Below are positions 43,895-53,782 of a stretch of DNA of 57,216 bases, one piece after another. The notes beneath the pieces were generated by a model that saw only the letters and a program-made list of their open reading frames with translations, did no database searches and had not been told where the DNA came from. Every line of letters begins with the position of its first letter. Positions within the stretch are counted from its first letter, which is position 1. The translations under genes and the position numbers were made by a program. The stretch covers positions 1 through 57,216 of the IMG/VR virus record IMGVR_UViG_3300035182_001074. The stretch is one strand, 5' to 3'. Source of the DNA: a virus (taxonomy: Duplodnaviria; Caudoviricetes).

Positions 43895-45559
43895 TCACAG
43901 CACCTCCTCGCCTCTGGTATAGAGAACGTTGTTGTGCCAGATGCAGTGGCTGTGTGGCCAACGCATGGCACTCTCTACATCAGGGAAGAATCCGCTGCCA
44001 TTGAGATTGGCGCTGGTATTGCACAGCAGAGGGATGCCCGTTATCTCATAGTAGCGAGTGAGCAGATCGCACACGACGAAGTTCTCTGTAGCATTGACAG
44101 TCTGCAGTCGCGCAGTGCCATCAAGGTGCACAATCGCCGGCACCTTCGCCACCCATTCATCCTTCACACGATGATCGAAGAGCATGAATGGATCAGGAGT
44201 CCCGGGAGTGAAAACTTCTGGAGCATGCTGCTCCAAGCATATCGGCGCCACAGGACGGAACGACTCTCTGAGCTTCATCTCATTGAGTAGTCCTTTTGTT
44301 TCTGCATGGATGGCAGAGCACAAGATACTCCGGTTGCCCAGCGCACGAGGCCCAGCTTCACACCGACCATTCAGGAACACAACCGGAGTATCAGGGTGGG
44401 TCGCAAAGAACTGAGCCAGCTCACTGATTGAACATTCCTTCTGCACCCAACCTTCCGGAATCGTTCCGATCTGTGCTTCCATGCCGCAATATACGCTCCA
44501 GTCGAGCTCAAGAATGCCATCCTCGGTGAACATCGCACAGGCAGCAGCACCAATTGCGCTACCAGAGTCATTGGGGAATGGAGGGACATAGACTGCTTTG
44601 AAGTGCCCACTGTTGCGCAATGCGCTATTCCATTTGATGTTGAGTGCGCTGCCGCCTGTGAAGCACAAATTCGCACCCTTGGGAATAATTGCGCAGGCAT
44701 TCTCCACCAGCATGATCTTCAACCATTCATGGATTGAAGCGAGCACATCAGCATCACTCAGATTGCCAATTGACTCCACTTCTGCCTTCACCCCACGCAT
44801 GAACTCATGCTCCATGATTCCTGTCTGGTTGTAGCCAAGAGGGCAGTCGTCGTTGATGTTGCTCACACGGAAATAGATGCCCATCATTCGCTGAACTAGA
44901 TCAGGGCTGGCAGTTCCTTGCGCGATGTAGCTCATCAATTTTCCTGGGACATCATATCCGCGTCCATACCGCGTCACCTGCTTGATGTCTTCACCCCACA
45001 CATGCGGTTCTTTGTATGGGCCATAGTAGTAGCCCATCACCGCATAGATGATGCCGTAGAGTTCAAACAGTGACGAAATGAATTGGAACTTGCCGAGGCC
45101 AGGATCGAAATAATGGACACGCGGATTCTGCCCGCCATCCCAGCTGATGAAGTAGCAGCACTCTCGGTTCTTGGCGAATGGGCTAGTAACGTAAGCACTC
45201 ATCAGGTGTCCGCTCATGTGTGGGAAGCTGATGTAGTTGCCAAAGATTTTGTCTTCTGGGTAGAACACCGACGGATCGAGTGGATGCTGATTGCTGCTAT
45301 CAAATTCTGAATAGCCAGCAACCTCAAAGGTGCCAGCCGGGGAGATGGCGCTGCTGTACTTCCAGCCATCTAGAACGAACAGGTCTGGGACAAAGTTGAA
45401 ATGCTCCAGAATGTCATCCACATCATCGGTGGTCGTCATTTTTGAGTAGCGAGGATTGTTGCGCAGCTTCTCTATCTCCACACAGAAGAGCAGCTTGCCA
45501 TCCTCAATCCCTGCCACTGCTGCGTCATGGGTCAGCTTGATGCCGCAGATCTTTGTCAT
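43895..45559 (-). CDS. O-carbamoyltransferase (NodU/CmcH/TobZ family)
   Basis: THDAAVA, HMSGH, GKLM, GG.ALN, PPFPND.G.AIG, E.GPRALG.RS, K.RE.FRP.AP, H.DGTAR.QTV and NTS.N. Confidence 0.93.
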   Translation of the reverse strand: MTKICGIKLTHDAAVAGIEDGKLLFCVEIEKLRNNPRYSKMTTTDDVDDILEHFNFVPDLFVLDGWKYSSAISPAGTFEVAGYSEFDSSNQHPLDPSVFYPEDKIFGNYISFPHMSGHLMSAYVTSPFAKNRECCYFISWDGGQNPRVHYFDPGLGKFQFISSLFELYGIIYAVMGYYYGPYKEPHVWGEDIKQVTRYGRGYDVPGKLMSYIAQGTASPDLVQRMMGIYFRVSNINDDCPLGYNQTGIMEHEFMRGVKAEVESIGNLSDADVLASIHEWLKIMLVENACAIIPKGANLCFTGGSALNIKWNSALRNSGHFKAVYVPPFPNDSGSAIGAAACAMFTEDGILELDWSVYCGMEAQIGTIPEGWVQKECSISELAQFFATHPDTPVVFLNGRCEAGPRALGNRSILCSAIHAETKGLLNEMKLRESFRPVAPICLEQHAPEVFTPGTPDPFMLFDHRVKDEWVAKVPAIVHLDGTARLQTVNATENFVVCDLLTRYYEITGIPLLCNTSANLNGSGFFPDVESAMRWPHSHCIWHNNVLYTRGEEVL

Positions 45560-45570
45560 GGTTTATTCCT

Positions 45571-46503
45571 TTATGAATTCAAGACGATTGACTTCTGTGC
45601 GTGATAGAGGTCGCGTTGTGTAATGAAGGATTCAATGAACTGGATATCGTTTACCAGATCATCGAGTAGGATCTGCCTCCACGTGGCAAACCTTCCTAGG
45701 GAATAGATGTGATGCTGCTGGCTAGCAGTGAAGATGAAGTTCTTGCGCAGCAGGTCGTTGATTGGGCTGATCTTGCCGTAACGCTGGACTGAGATTTTCT
45801 CGTTTGCAAGAACTCTTGGCTGGATTCCGAACGCAGTAAGCCATTCATCCGCCAGAGACCCACAGCTTGTCCCTTCTGGGTCCTTCATGAATTCGAGAAT
45901 CACTTTGTTGCCTGTGATGCTTGCTCGATAAAGAGGAAGGTCTGGATCTGGGAAATACAGCGTCTGGTAAACATCGACGATCGGATCAAGTATCTCCGCA
46001 GTCACCACCCAGATCGGACTGGATCCAAAGACTGGCATGCTATCCCAGCCAAGCTGAGTCATCAGCACAGGCATCGGCATGGTGCTGATGACTGGCTCTG
46101 AGCTGTTTTCTTCTTGTGATAGATCTATCGCAGAATTGAAAACAATGTCCACACATTGAGCCATCTGCTGGATGAAATCCTGAGGAGCAATAAATCGCTC
46201 CTCAGGATCAAGATTGATGATGCTCCTAGTCACGACACGACCAATCACTTTCTGCGCATACATGTTGCTCAGGCGGAGATTCGTCGTTGTGTGGATGGCA
46301 CCCCTCTCATCAATGATTGCTTTTTGGACTTTGACTTTCTTGAATGGGATGCCCGTCGCTCGACTGACGCCCTCATTGCGGAAGCGCAGCACTGCTGCAT
46401 GATTGTCGGGCAGCGTCTCTCTCTGCTCATAGACAACAGGATTGTGTCTACGCAACATATTTGCAGCGAGTAGCCCTGCCATTCCCGCACCAATGATTTT
46501 CAT
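45571..46503 (-). CDS. FAD/NAD(P)-binding oxidoreductase
   Basis: [12 protein letters not shown] Rossmann motif; C-terminal SLGRFATWR. Confidence 0.85.
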   Translation of the reverse strand: MKIIGAGMAGLLAANMLRRHNPVVYEQRETLPDNHAAVLRFRNEGVSRATGIPFKKVKVQKAIIDERGAIHTTTNLRLSNMYAQKVIGRVVTRSIINLDPEERFIAPQDFIQQMAQCVDIVFNSAIDLSQEENSSEPVISTMPMPVLMTQLGWDSMPVFGSSPIWVVTAEILDPIVDVYQTLYFPDPDLPLYRASITGNKVILEFMKDPEGTSCGSLADEWLTAFGIQPRVLANEKISVQRYGKISPINDLLRKNFIFTASQQHHIYSLGRFATWRQILLDDLVNDIQFIESFITQRDLYHAQKSIVLNS

Positions 46504-46521
46504 GCTGGCCTCCGCAGGGAA

Positions 46522-47052
46522 TCAATCAACCTTGACAAATCCGTGCTTGACACAGTAGGCAAGCTGGGCAGTGCTGCCGCCGAGCTCCGCATACTTCTCA
46601 AACTTCATGCCGCTGGTGATCAGCGCGAAGCTGGCATGACCGATGGTGCCCTCCCGACGAGGATTGTCCTTGACGAGCTTGGTGATCTTCTTGCCAGCGA
46701 ACTTGCTGATCCTGCCGGGCTGACCCGCTCCTTCTGCTTTCTCCTTCTTGGGCGCAGCCTTCTTGGGCGCAGCCTTCTTGGGCGCAGCCTTCTTGGGCGC
46801 AACCTTCTTGGGCGCAACCTTCTTGGGCGCAGCCTTCTTGGGCGCAGCCTTCTTGGGCGCAGCCTTCTTGGGCGCAGCCTTCTTGGGCGCAGCCTTCTTG
46901 GGCGCATCCTTCTTAGGCGCATCCTCCCAGGGCGCATCCTTCTTGGGCGCATCCTTCTTGGGCGCAGCAGCTTCCGCAGCAGGCGCTTCCACAGCAGCTT
47001 CCGCAGCAGGCGCTTCCACAGCGCCCTGGGTCGTGGTTTCGACTTCAGACAT
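46522..47052 (-). CDS. Histone H1-like protein with C-terminal NPRREG domain
   Basis: 14 KKxAP-type pentapeptides; AAGGAGG RBS. Confidence 0.85.
   Translation of the reverse strand: MSEVETTTQGAVEAPAAEAAVEAPAAEAAAPKKDAPKKDAPWEDAPKKDAPKKAAPKKAAPKKAAPKKAAPKKAAPKKVAPKKVAPKKAAPKKAAPKKAAPKKEKAEGAGQPGRISKFAGKKITKLVKDNPRREGTIGHASFALITSGMKFEKYAELGGSTAQLAYCVKHGFVKVD
46743..46966. repeat. 15-bp tandem repeat (about 14-15 units)
   Basis: (CCTTCTTGGGCGCAG)n with A/T variants. Confidence 0.95.
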
Positions 47053-47108
47053 GATGTCCTCCTTGTGGTGGGTGAATACGGGGCGACACACCCCGTGATG
47101 AAGAATTT

Positions 47109-47148
47109 ATTATCCCTTATTTTCAGCAGAATGGGTGAAACTGTTTTT
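47109..47148 (-). promoter_or_regulatory. Putative promoter (A-tract, TTCACC-N19-GATAAT)
   Basis: AT-rich intergenic segment upstream of the H1-like / modification / dnaE operon. Confidence 0.55.
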
Positions 47149-47150
47149 GA

Positions 47151-48599
47151 TCACAATCTGTAGCTAGACAGAGATTGTGCATCAATTATTGTCAGAGTCT
47201 CCTTCGCTCTCGTAAGTGCGACATAGAGAACTCGCAGCTCGCTATCAGTATCCTGCTGCTCCCACTGCTCTCGCGTCAGATCCGTAATTAAGATGACATG
47301 GTCTGCTTCTCCTCCTTTCGCTCTGTGGATGGTGCTGATGGTAATTCTTGGATCTGCAAATAGATTCTCTCCATTTGCAAGACATGAACGCAGATACTCT
47401 TTCTTCAAAAGTGGAACGGAAAGGGCCTGCATCCAGTTGTACTCGGCCAGATGATGCGCAGGGGAATCTTCAATTGCAATTACCGTCTTGCCAGGATTCC
47501 ACTCCTCCAGGCAATCTACGTAGTTCTTCAGGGTCTTCAGATTCTTGATGTCCACCTGCTTGCCCTTGCGCCACTGCTCCCATGTAACAATTGCACGAGA
47601 TAGGCTACCGCTAGTAGAATGATTCCCCTCCTTCAAGTAGGAGTAGCCTTGCTGCTGGACCATGGACTCAAAACGAGATAGTTGCCTATGGTTGCGCGCA
47701 AGAAGAAGCCACGACCCTTCTTTCAAGGAGACTGCATCTTCAAAGCCAATGCGATAGATCTTCCCTTCTGCTTCGCGTGGATACCATTGCTTTTCCTGTC
47801 GCACCCGAATGCGAGCCGAGACTCCCTGTGCGATTGACTGAATTGCACGAGGAATTCGGAAGCTCTGCGGTAGCACCAGGCTTTTACCCGGATGGTTGAT
47901 GAATGCCTCGGGAGTGGCTCCGGCCCAATCATAAATGCTCTGGTCATCATCCCCAGCGAGGTAGAAGTTCTTGGCGTTAGCCGAGGCACGATGGACTACT
48001 TGCCATTGGAGTGGTGAAAGATCTTGTGCTTCATCAAGAATGAAAAGATCAACGTCCAGCACAGTGTTGAACTGCTCAAGCATGTCTGTGTAATCAACCA
48101 GCCCATGCGTTGCTTTGTAACGCTGAAGCCCAAAGTGCCATTGCTTTGCCACCTCAAGCAAGCAATCGTGGAAGTTACATTCTTCCCACTGCTGTTCAAT
48201 AGTCACACCACGCAAGCGACTCAATGACTGGATGATCGCCACCTTATCGCCAAGAGTTTTACCAGTCCTAACCATCGCAATGTCGTGCGCAGGACTGAAT
48301 TGGAAGCCCATCTCGTAGCACAGCTCTTTCTCGTGATGCTCTTGCATCACGTCATCACGCGACATGCCAAGAGTCTTAAAGGCCATAGAGTGAAGTGTTC
48401 GGAACCACAGAAGCTGCTCTTTTGTTAGGCCAAATCGAGACATTGCTCGTGATGCAGCTTCTTCCGCAGCTCTCTTTGTGAAAGCAACATAGGCTATACG
48501 CTCTGGTGGTGTGCCAGTGCGAATGGCCTGGTCAACCACATCAAGAAGAAATGTTGTCTTGCCTGTGCCTGGTGGACCAAAGACTTTTGTTATGTTCAT
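47151..48599 (-). CDS. UvrD/Rep-family SF1 helicase
   Basis: [32 protein letters not shown] and YVALTRA. Confidence 0.93.
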   Translation of the reverse strand: MNITKVFGPPGTGKTTFLLDVVDQAIRTGTPPERIAYVAFTKRAAEEAASRAMSRFGLTKEQLLWFRTLHSMAFKTLGMSRDDVMQEHHEKELCYEMGFQFSPAHDIAMVRTGKTLGDKVAIIQSLSRLRGVTIEQQWEECNFHDCLLEVAKQWHFGLQRYKATHGLVDYTDMLEQFNTVLDVDLFILDEAQDLSPLQWQVVHRASANAKNFYLAGDDDQSIYDWAGATPEAFINHPGKSLVLPQSFRIPRAIQSIAQGVSARIRVRQEKQWYPREAEGKIYRIGFEDAVSLKEGSWLLLARNHRQLSRFESMVQQQGYSYLKEGNHSTSGSLSRAIVTWEQWRKGKQVDIKNLKTLKNYVDCLEEWNPGKTVIAIEDSPAHHLAEYNWMQALSVPLLKKEYLRSCLANGENLFADPRITISTIHRAKGGEADHVILITDLTREQWEQQDTDSELRVLYVALTRAKETLTIIDAQSLSSYRL

Positions 48600-48725
48600 T
48601 TCTCTGCCTTAATGTTCCTTTGTGAATCAGATTTCAAGTGAGCTGCCTGCGCCTGTGAAGTCGTGACTTCATCGTCCTTCCATTGACGTAGGTCCTATGG
48701 CTCCTTGCTGTGCGATGCCAGAAGA

Positions 48726-50282
48726 TCAGATTTCCGTGGCAAGCGGAGGAGGAAGGGGAAACTCTCCACCATTGCTTCGCTCTGGTTCAGGAACATACCA
48801 CACACGATAATTTTTACCATCGATGCGCATCGTATCAGAATTGCCATCCATCCCACGCACCCACTTCCACACCTGCGCAGGCTTGCTGTCGAACCTTCTC
48901 TGCATCAGGAACGTAAGTAGGTCACGACTGCGGAAGTAGCAGTGGCCATTCTCGGTATAGACATTGCCCTTGAGCAGTTCATTCTTGCTGTGCGTTGGGC
49001 GCTGACTAAGAAACACATCCATGAGGGAGTAGAACTGACCGCTCTCACACGCATCATCAGGAAGCTGCTGTATAGTTGCCGTCAGCATCAGTTCTGCGAG
49101 CTTGTTCAACCAGTCAACTTTCTTAAATGGCATGAGGACGATATGCGCTTGTTCCAAGAATGCAAATGCCACTTCCTCCGGACTACGGATTGCTCGTGGG
49201 TCCATAGTGATTGTGTGACCAAGGACATTGAGCGTCATGTATTGGATGCTCGTTCCTTGCTGATGGATGACTAACCCATCTGCGCGGAAGAGGATGTTTT
49301 CATCATTGCCTCCACCATCATTGCCTCCGACAACGCCAAACTCCCTCTTCAAACACTCCTTCTTGTCACAGTGATTACAGAGTGGTGGTTGTTTGCACTG
49401 ATAGTAGTAGGTCTTGCGCTGCTGGTTCTTTCTGATCTGCGACAGCTCAGCTGCGGGCAGTGGAGGATGAACGTGCTCAAAGTTGAACTCCTGAAGTTTG
49501 TCCTGCCACTCTTCAGGATACTTTTTTTTGAGGTAGATAACCACATTTGTCAATGTTACGTTTCTACCACCTTCTGTCAGGCCATTGGAGGCAATCTGCT
49601 GAAGGCAAGGAGGACCATCCGCAAACAGATCGGACAGCTTCGGCGTTGCAGTTTCAAGCAATCTTGGCGTCAGCTGCATTGACTTTGCATAGCGAACAAA
49701 ATCATCCAGTGCCTGGATGTGTTCTCCATTACGTATGGCAAAGCGAGTCGTGCCTTCTGCACTCAGTGCCCCATACATGGCAATGTTGATCCAGTTGCCC
49801 AGATCCTTTTCACTTACTCGCAGCGTCTGCTTGGGGAATACCTCACAGCCACCATACCCCAATGCGATGGAGAACTCCGTTAGCTTTGATTGCATCAGAG
49901 TCGCAGAGCACGGCTTGCTCATGAAGGCATAGAGATGTGCCCCACCAGACTTGCTGCGGCAGACGACCAGCGGAAGCTCTTTTTCCCTTACTCGTCGCTC
50001 AAGTTCTTCGATGGTCTCATTTAGCTTGACCTCGCCTTGGATATCAATATCAATAGCGCCAAAAAAGCAAGTGTTGTCCTCAAGCAGAGGGATCAGGCCA
50101 AGGCTCGTTCCTGTGCCAAGCAGGTGCTCTGAATAATGTTCGAACGTAGCGCCAGTTGGCACTGTTCGTGCATCGCCCTTCACCTTCCCATTGGCCTGAA
50201 CCTTGTTGAGCACGTGTTCGCCGTGACCATGTTCAAAGCCAACCAGGATCTGCATGAATTGCTTGATGAGGTCGTGAGACAT
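48726..50282 (-). CDS. AEP-family primase-polymerase with primase C-terminal domain
   Basis: GAIDID, RSKSGGAHLY, EVFPKQ, GPPCL, GGRN and a Cys cluster. Confidence 0.85.
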   Translation of the reverse strand: MSHDLIKQFMQILVGFEHGHGEHVLNKVQANGKVKGDARTVPTGATFEHYSEHLLGTGTSLGLIPLLEDNTCFFGAIDIDIQGEVKLNETIEELERRVREKELPLVVCRSKSGGAHLYAFMSKPCSATLMQSKLTEFSIALGYGGCEVFPKQTLRVSEKDLGNWINIAMYGALSAEGTTRFAIRNGEHIQALDDFVRYAKSMQLTPRLLETATPKLSDLFADGPPCLQQIASNGLTEGGRNVTLTNVVIYLKKKYPEEWQDKLQEFNFEHVHPPLPAAELSQIRKNQQRKTYYYQCKQPPLCNHCDKKECLKREFGVVGGNDGGGNDENILFRADGLVIHQQGTSIQYMTLNVLGHTITMDPRAIRSPEEVAFAFLEQAHIVLMPFKKVDWLNKLAELMLTATIQQLPDDACESGQFYSLMDVFLSQRPTHSKNELLKGNVYTENGHCYFRSRDLLTFLMQRRFDSKPAQVWKWVRGMDGNSDTMRIDGKNYRVWYVPEPERSNGGEFPLPPPLATEI

Positions 50283-50300
50283 GCTTCACCAGATGAATGT

Positions 50301-50326
50301 GTGTGAGCCCATTGCTGAGCTCACAC
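50301..50326 (-). promoter_or_regulatory. Intergenic hairpin
   Basis: GTGTGAGC-10 nt-GCTCACAC between the SSB-like and primase genes. Confidence 0.4.
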
Positions 50327-50341
50327 CCTTGGTTGCTGAAG

Positions 50342-51208
50342 CTAAATCTCACCTTCGATAGAACCAGCAGGATCAATGATCGCTGCCGCGTCGTGATCGG
50401 CAACCTTCACAGAGCCAGACACCACCGCCTTGCGGAAGCTGCGCGAGCCCAGATAGAGGTCGTGGCCGCCAACCAGCTCCAGCGTGGGCTTGTAGGGATT
50501 CACCTTCCACACATACCAGGTTCCGTCGTCGTTGGACTTGGGGATGGTGGTGAGCTTGTAGCTGTGGTAGAAGATAGCCGGATTGAAGACGCCTTCGCCA
50601 TCAGGACGAGGAACCATGAGATTGCTCATGAGGCTGTTCCATCGCTTGGCCTCACTGAACATCGTCCTGCTCATGCTGATGACAACCTGGCGAGGCAGCC
50701 CAGTCTCCGGCTCAAGCATGACGCAATAGTATTCAGCAGTTTCCACCATGGTGTGACCATTGGGAAGCTGCATCTGCTTCTTCTCATTCTTCACACACTG
50801 GTTATACAGGGTGTCATCCGTTCCGTGATCTGCCACGAACTTGCGATTGTCCCACTCAATGTAGGCACGACGATAGCTGACAGGAATGACGATGATGCCT
50901 TCCTCACCAGCCCATCGCTTGCCGCTGATGTTGTCAATGATCTCGCCAACCTCCGCTTCCTTGATGTAGGCAGGATCACCCTTGGTGCAGGTCGGGCTGA
51001 GCGCCTGGAGAATGGCCAGCCGAGGGATTGCCAGATCTTTGGCGCTCATTGTCTCCCGACCAGCACCTTCATCTTCCAGCAGCAGGCTGGCGATGTCAGA
51101 GGTGACAAGGCCAGTGTTCGTATTCGGCGTTGCCAGCTCCTGCTTCTTCTCTTCGTGCTTCTTCACTTCCTTCTTCGCTTCCTCGTGGTGGGGCTGCTGC
51201 TTGGCCAT
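50342..51208 (-). CDS. Putative single-stranded DNA-binding protein
   Basis: G.E.....DLAIPRL.ILQ.LSP motif, N..G.W..W, acidic tail; lies in the replication module. Confidence 0.65.
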   Translation of the reverse strand: MAKQQPHHEEAKKEVKKHEEKKQELATPNTNTGLVTSDIASLLLEDEGAGRETMSAKDLAIPRLAILQALSPTCTKGDPAYIKEAEVGEIIDNISGKRWAGEEGIIVIPVSYRRAYIEWDNRKFVADHGTDDTLYNQCVKNEKKQMQLPNGHTMVETAEYYCVMLEPETGLPRQVVISMSRTMFSEAKRWNSLMSNLMVPRPDGEGVFNPAIFYHSYKLTTIPKSNDDGTWYVWKVNPYKPTLELVGGHDLYLGSRSFRKAVVSGSVKVADHDAAAIIDPAGSIEGEI

Positions 51209-51272
51209 GACTTAATCCTTTGAGATTGGGCGCACATGCGCCACTGGGTTAGAACTGCTTGCTGTTGAGATC

Positions 51273-51488
51273 CTAGTCAACACTTCCTGCGTCGGCACTC
51301 TCTTCGCCTTCCTCGCCAGTGCCTTCAGCCTCTTCGCAAAGACCATCAAAGTGATTCTGAAGAAGCTGCCGAACCAGTTTTGCAGCTGCACTCGGAGCTC
51401 TGTTAGGCTTCTCGAAAACATGGCATTCATCAGAGGTGTCTTGCTTAATGAAGACACCATTGGCGGCTGCTTGGATGATGATGATCAT
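51273..51488 (-). CDS. Small acidic hypothetical protein
   Basis: GGAG RBS; I...ANG.FI pattern. Confidence 0.55.
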   Translation of the reverse strand: MIIIIQAAANGVFIKQDTSDECHVFEKPNRAPSAAAKLVRQLLQNHFDGLCEEAEGTGEEGEESADAGSVD

Positions 51489-51507
51489 ATTTGCTCCAGT
51501 AGTTGGG

Positions 51508-51843
51508 TTAGATGAGCCGAGACTCGACTGCGGCCAGTCGCTCGCTAAAGGCGGATAAAAGAGATTCGAGATTCGCAATGCGGACATCAGTTGGAAGGGC
51601 ATCCTGTGCCACGACAGGCTTCAGACGAGCAGCCACTGCCAGACGCTTCGTGGTGACGCGCACGAGCAGATTGGAAGAAACAAGATCTTTGATGAGGCCA
51701 GTCATGGATGCTGCGGACAGGCACACATTCTCACGAGCCAGCATCAGCGCCAGATCAGCAGTGCGCAGCTCCTTTCCAACTGGAAGTCTATTGATCTCTT
51801 CTACCAGGATGCCATGTGCTCTGAGAATGCTGGCCGCGCTCAC
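51508..51843 (-). CDS. Small winged-HTH-like protein with coiled coil
   Basis: GTGA overlap with the upstream gene; helical pattern. Confidence 0.5.
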   Translation of the reverse strand: MSAASILRAHGILVEEINRLPVGKELRTADLALMLARENVCLSAASMTGLIKDLVSSNLLVRVTTKRLAVAARLKPVVAQDALPTDVRIANLESLLSAFSERLAAVESRLI

Positions 51844-52526
51844 TGGGCTGATCCTTTCTTGGTGCCCTTGGCTTTGGCGGGGAGCTTGATAGTAGCCTTG
51901 CGACCACTGAACAAGGCGAATGCATCTGCGGGAATGGATTTGCCTCCTTTGAGTGCCTCCTTGAGATAAGCATTCAGAGTTTGGAAGTTGATCTCTTCTT
52001 CACACTTCGCAGGGAAGCCTTCGTTCTTGATCTTCTCAAAGAATTTCTTGGCATCCTCGTCCTGTCCCTTGCCGAACAGCACGACCACCTGGTTCTTAAT
52101 CAGACTTTCAGCACCCTGCTCACGCAGCCAGGTCAGTGCCTTCATGCGACGATCCATCAGCATGCCACGATCGAATTCATCAGCACCTTCAATCTGGTTA
52201 GTCGTTGGGATTGTGCCACGCACGAAATCGCCGACCTCAACCACATACCCAGATGACAGCGTGAACTTCTTCATCCCAATGGCCAGCATGACGTCTGGAA
52301 GCAGGTCCAGCTGGATCTTGGCGTAGCGAGCAGTCTTCTTCTTCATCTCCTCCGACAGCTGCTCCATCTCCTGCTCGAGAGCCAGCATCTCATCAGCGTA
52401 AGCAACCAGTTGCTGGAGATCATTTGCACCAGCAGGTGGGGCCGCGTCCTCCAGCAGATCGATGCTCGGCTGCATCTCAGGCGGTTGACCCTGATCTGCT
52501 GCGACTGTGTGGGTTCTGTTTTCCAT
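51840..52526 (-). CDS. Conserved replication-module protein
   Basis: LPD.M..IG...F.L..G, WLR..G...LIK..V...FG.G.D and QTL.A; AAGGAG RBS. Confidence 0.7.
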   Translation of the reverse strand: MENRTHTVAADQGQPPEMQPSIDLLEDAAPPAGANDLQQLVAYADEMLALEQEMEQLSEEMKKKTARYAKIQLDLLPDVMLAIGMKKFTLSSGYVVEVGDFVRGTIPTTNQIEGADEFDRGMLMDRRMKALTWLREQGAESLIKNQVVVLFGKGQDEDAKKFFEKIKNEGFPAKCEEEINFQTLNAYLKEALKGGKSIPADAFALFSGRKATIKLPAKAKGTKKGSAQ

Positions 52527-52616
52527 ATGTTGCTCCTTTATGTGTTGCGCCCTATGGCGCTGGTTGAAGAACTACTTAGACGACACACAGCTCACCACGC
52601 TCCAGCAGCCGGGGAC

Positions 52617-53030
52617 TCATTTCTGCCACCCTGGCTGAAGCTGGTAGCCAAGATCAACGACCTTCCAGATGCGCAATGCAGAACCACTCAATGACAGCTG
52701 GTTCAGTTCCTTGACGATGGTGTGTGCCTCAGGCGCAGGCAGAGGATGAATGTCCAGGAATCGTTCGTCTGGGAACACTGAGCCATCGTTGCTGGTCTCT
52801 ACGATGCGCTTCAATCCCACAACGAGATCTCCCTCTGCTTTTGGTGGATCAGGGATTTCAGTATGGCAGTAAAGACGATGGCAGGTCTTCTTTCCGGTGA
52901 TCTGGTTCGTCCACACCTGCCGATTATCACCACACTTCGGGCAGTTTGGTTCGACAGCTCGCGGCTCCTGCTGGATGCTGGCTGGCCTGCTGCTGTTTGG
53001 TTCATTGGGTTCTTTCTTGACAGGCGGCAT
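52617..53030 (-). CDS. Hypothetical protein with zinc ribbon
   Basis: GGAGGAG RBS; CPKC...CH...CH. Confidence 0.6.
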   Translation of the reverse strand: MPPVKKEPNEPNSSRPASIQQEPRAVEPNCPKCGDNRQVWTNQITGKKTCHRLYCHTEIPDPPKAEGDLVVGLKRIVETSNDGSVFPDERFLDIHPLPAPEAHTIVKELNQLSLSGSALRIWKVVDLGYQLQPGWQK

Positions 53031-53039
53031 AACTCCTCC

Positions 53040-53396
53040 TCAGATGCTCTTGCGCATATATGGAAGGCCATCACGCAATGCCCTACGCACGCGGATGGCC
53101 TCATTCTTGTCGCAGATGATCAGATGGCTTGGGTTGATACAGCCCCACCACCCACAAGTTGGCAGGACGATATCCTGGTCTTCCATTCCGCCAGTGGTGA
53201 TGTCCAGCATCACCCACGCAGCACCACGCTCCCGACCCTGCCAGATAATTAATGGTGGAGGAACTGCAAGACCGAATGTGGTCCAATACCAGTGTCCGCC
53301 TAGAGTTGGATCCTTTATGATGTGCGCATGAACATGCTCAGCCTTCGTCGTCTTGAAGGAAGCAGTCAGATCGAAGCAATCGCTCAGCCGGATCAT
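53040..53396 (-). CDS. Degenerate HNH / His-Cys-box-like protein
   Basis: HWYWT and PTCGWWGCINPSHL; lacks the usual His before the first Cys. Confidence 0.55.
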   Translation of the reverse strand: MIRLSDCFDLTASFKTTKAEHVHAHIIKDPTLGGHWYWTTFGLAVPPPLIIWQGRERGAAWVMLDITTGGMEDQDIVLPTCGWWGCINPSHLIICDKNEAIRVRRALRDGLPYMRKSI

Positions 53397-53413
53397 GTCC
53401 TCCTCCTCCTGGG

Positions 53414-53782
53414 CTAGAAGAGCGGCAGTTTGATTGTTACGGGTGAGTAGAATCCGTCCCTGCGAGAACGCTCGCCATCTACGAGCTTGCGCTCCCAGTA
53501 GAGAACTCGGAGCTTGTTGATGTTGAACCTCGCCAGCACCAGGAGGATGATCCACATCGCTGCTGGGTCGCCAGAGTTTGGATAGAGAATATAATCTTCA
53601 TCCGGGTCAAAGTCGGCCAGTGCTGCTGTGGCGATCTCAACAGCTTCATCTGGATTTGTCCAGGGAGCTGCGTCGCTGCTGAACACATAGACAAACCGGC
53701 CGTATGGCGCGGCTGGGCTAAGATTGGGCATCCACCCAGTGTGGTTGGGCTTTGGCTGCTGAGTGATGAATACACGACCCAT
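53414..53782 (-). CDS. Conserved hypothetical phage protein, first gene of the - arm
   Basis: AAGGA RBS; LSPA..YG, DYIL...GDP and L.W.R. Confidence 0.7.
   Translation of the reverse strand: MGRVFITQQPKPNHTGWMPNLSPAAPYGRFVYVFSSDAAPWTNPDEAVEIATAALADFDPDEDYILYPNSGDPAAMWIILLVLARFNINKLRVLYWERKLVDGERSRRDGFYSPVTIKLPLF

Noticed and set aside
46543-47163. Repeat-rich ORFs in other frames (LLGRS, RRLRP and GAAFL repeats)
   Set aside because: Alternative readings of the 15-bp repeat; only the KKAAP frame has an RBS and a conserved C-terminal domain.
53040-53396. Active homing endonuclease
   Set aside because: The CxxxxCINPxHL motif is present but the catalytic His before it is missing; at most a degenerate or DNA-binding derivative.
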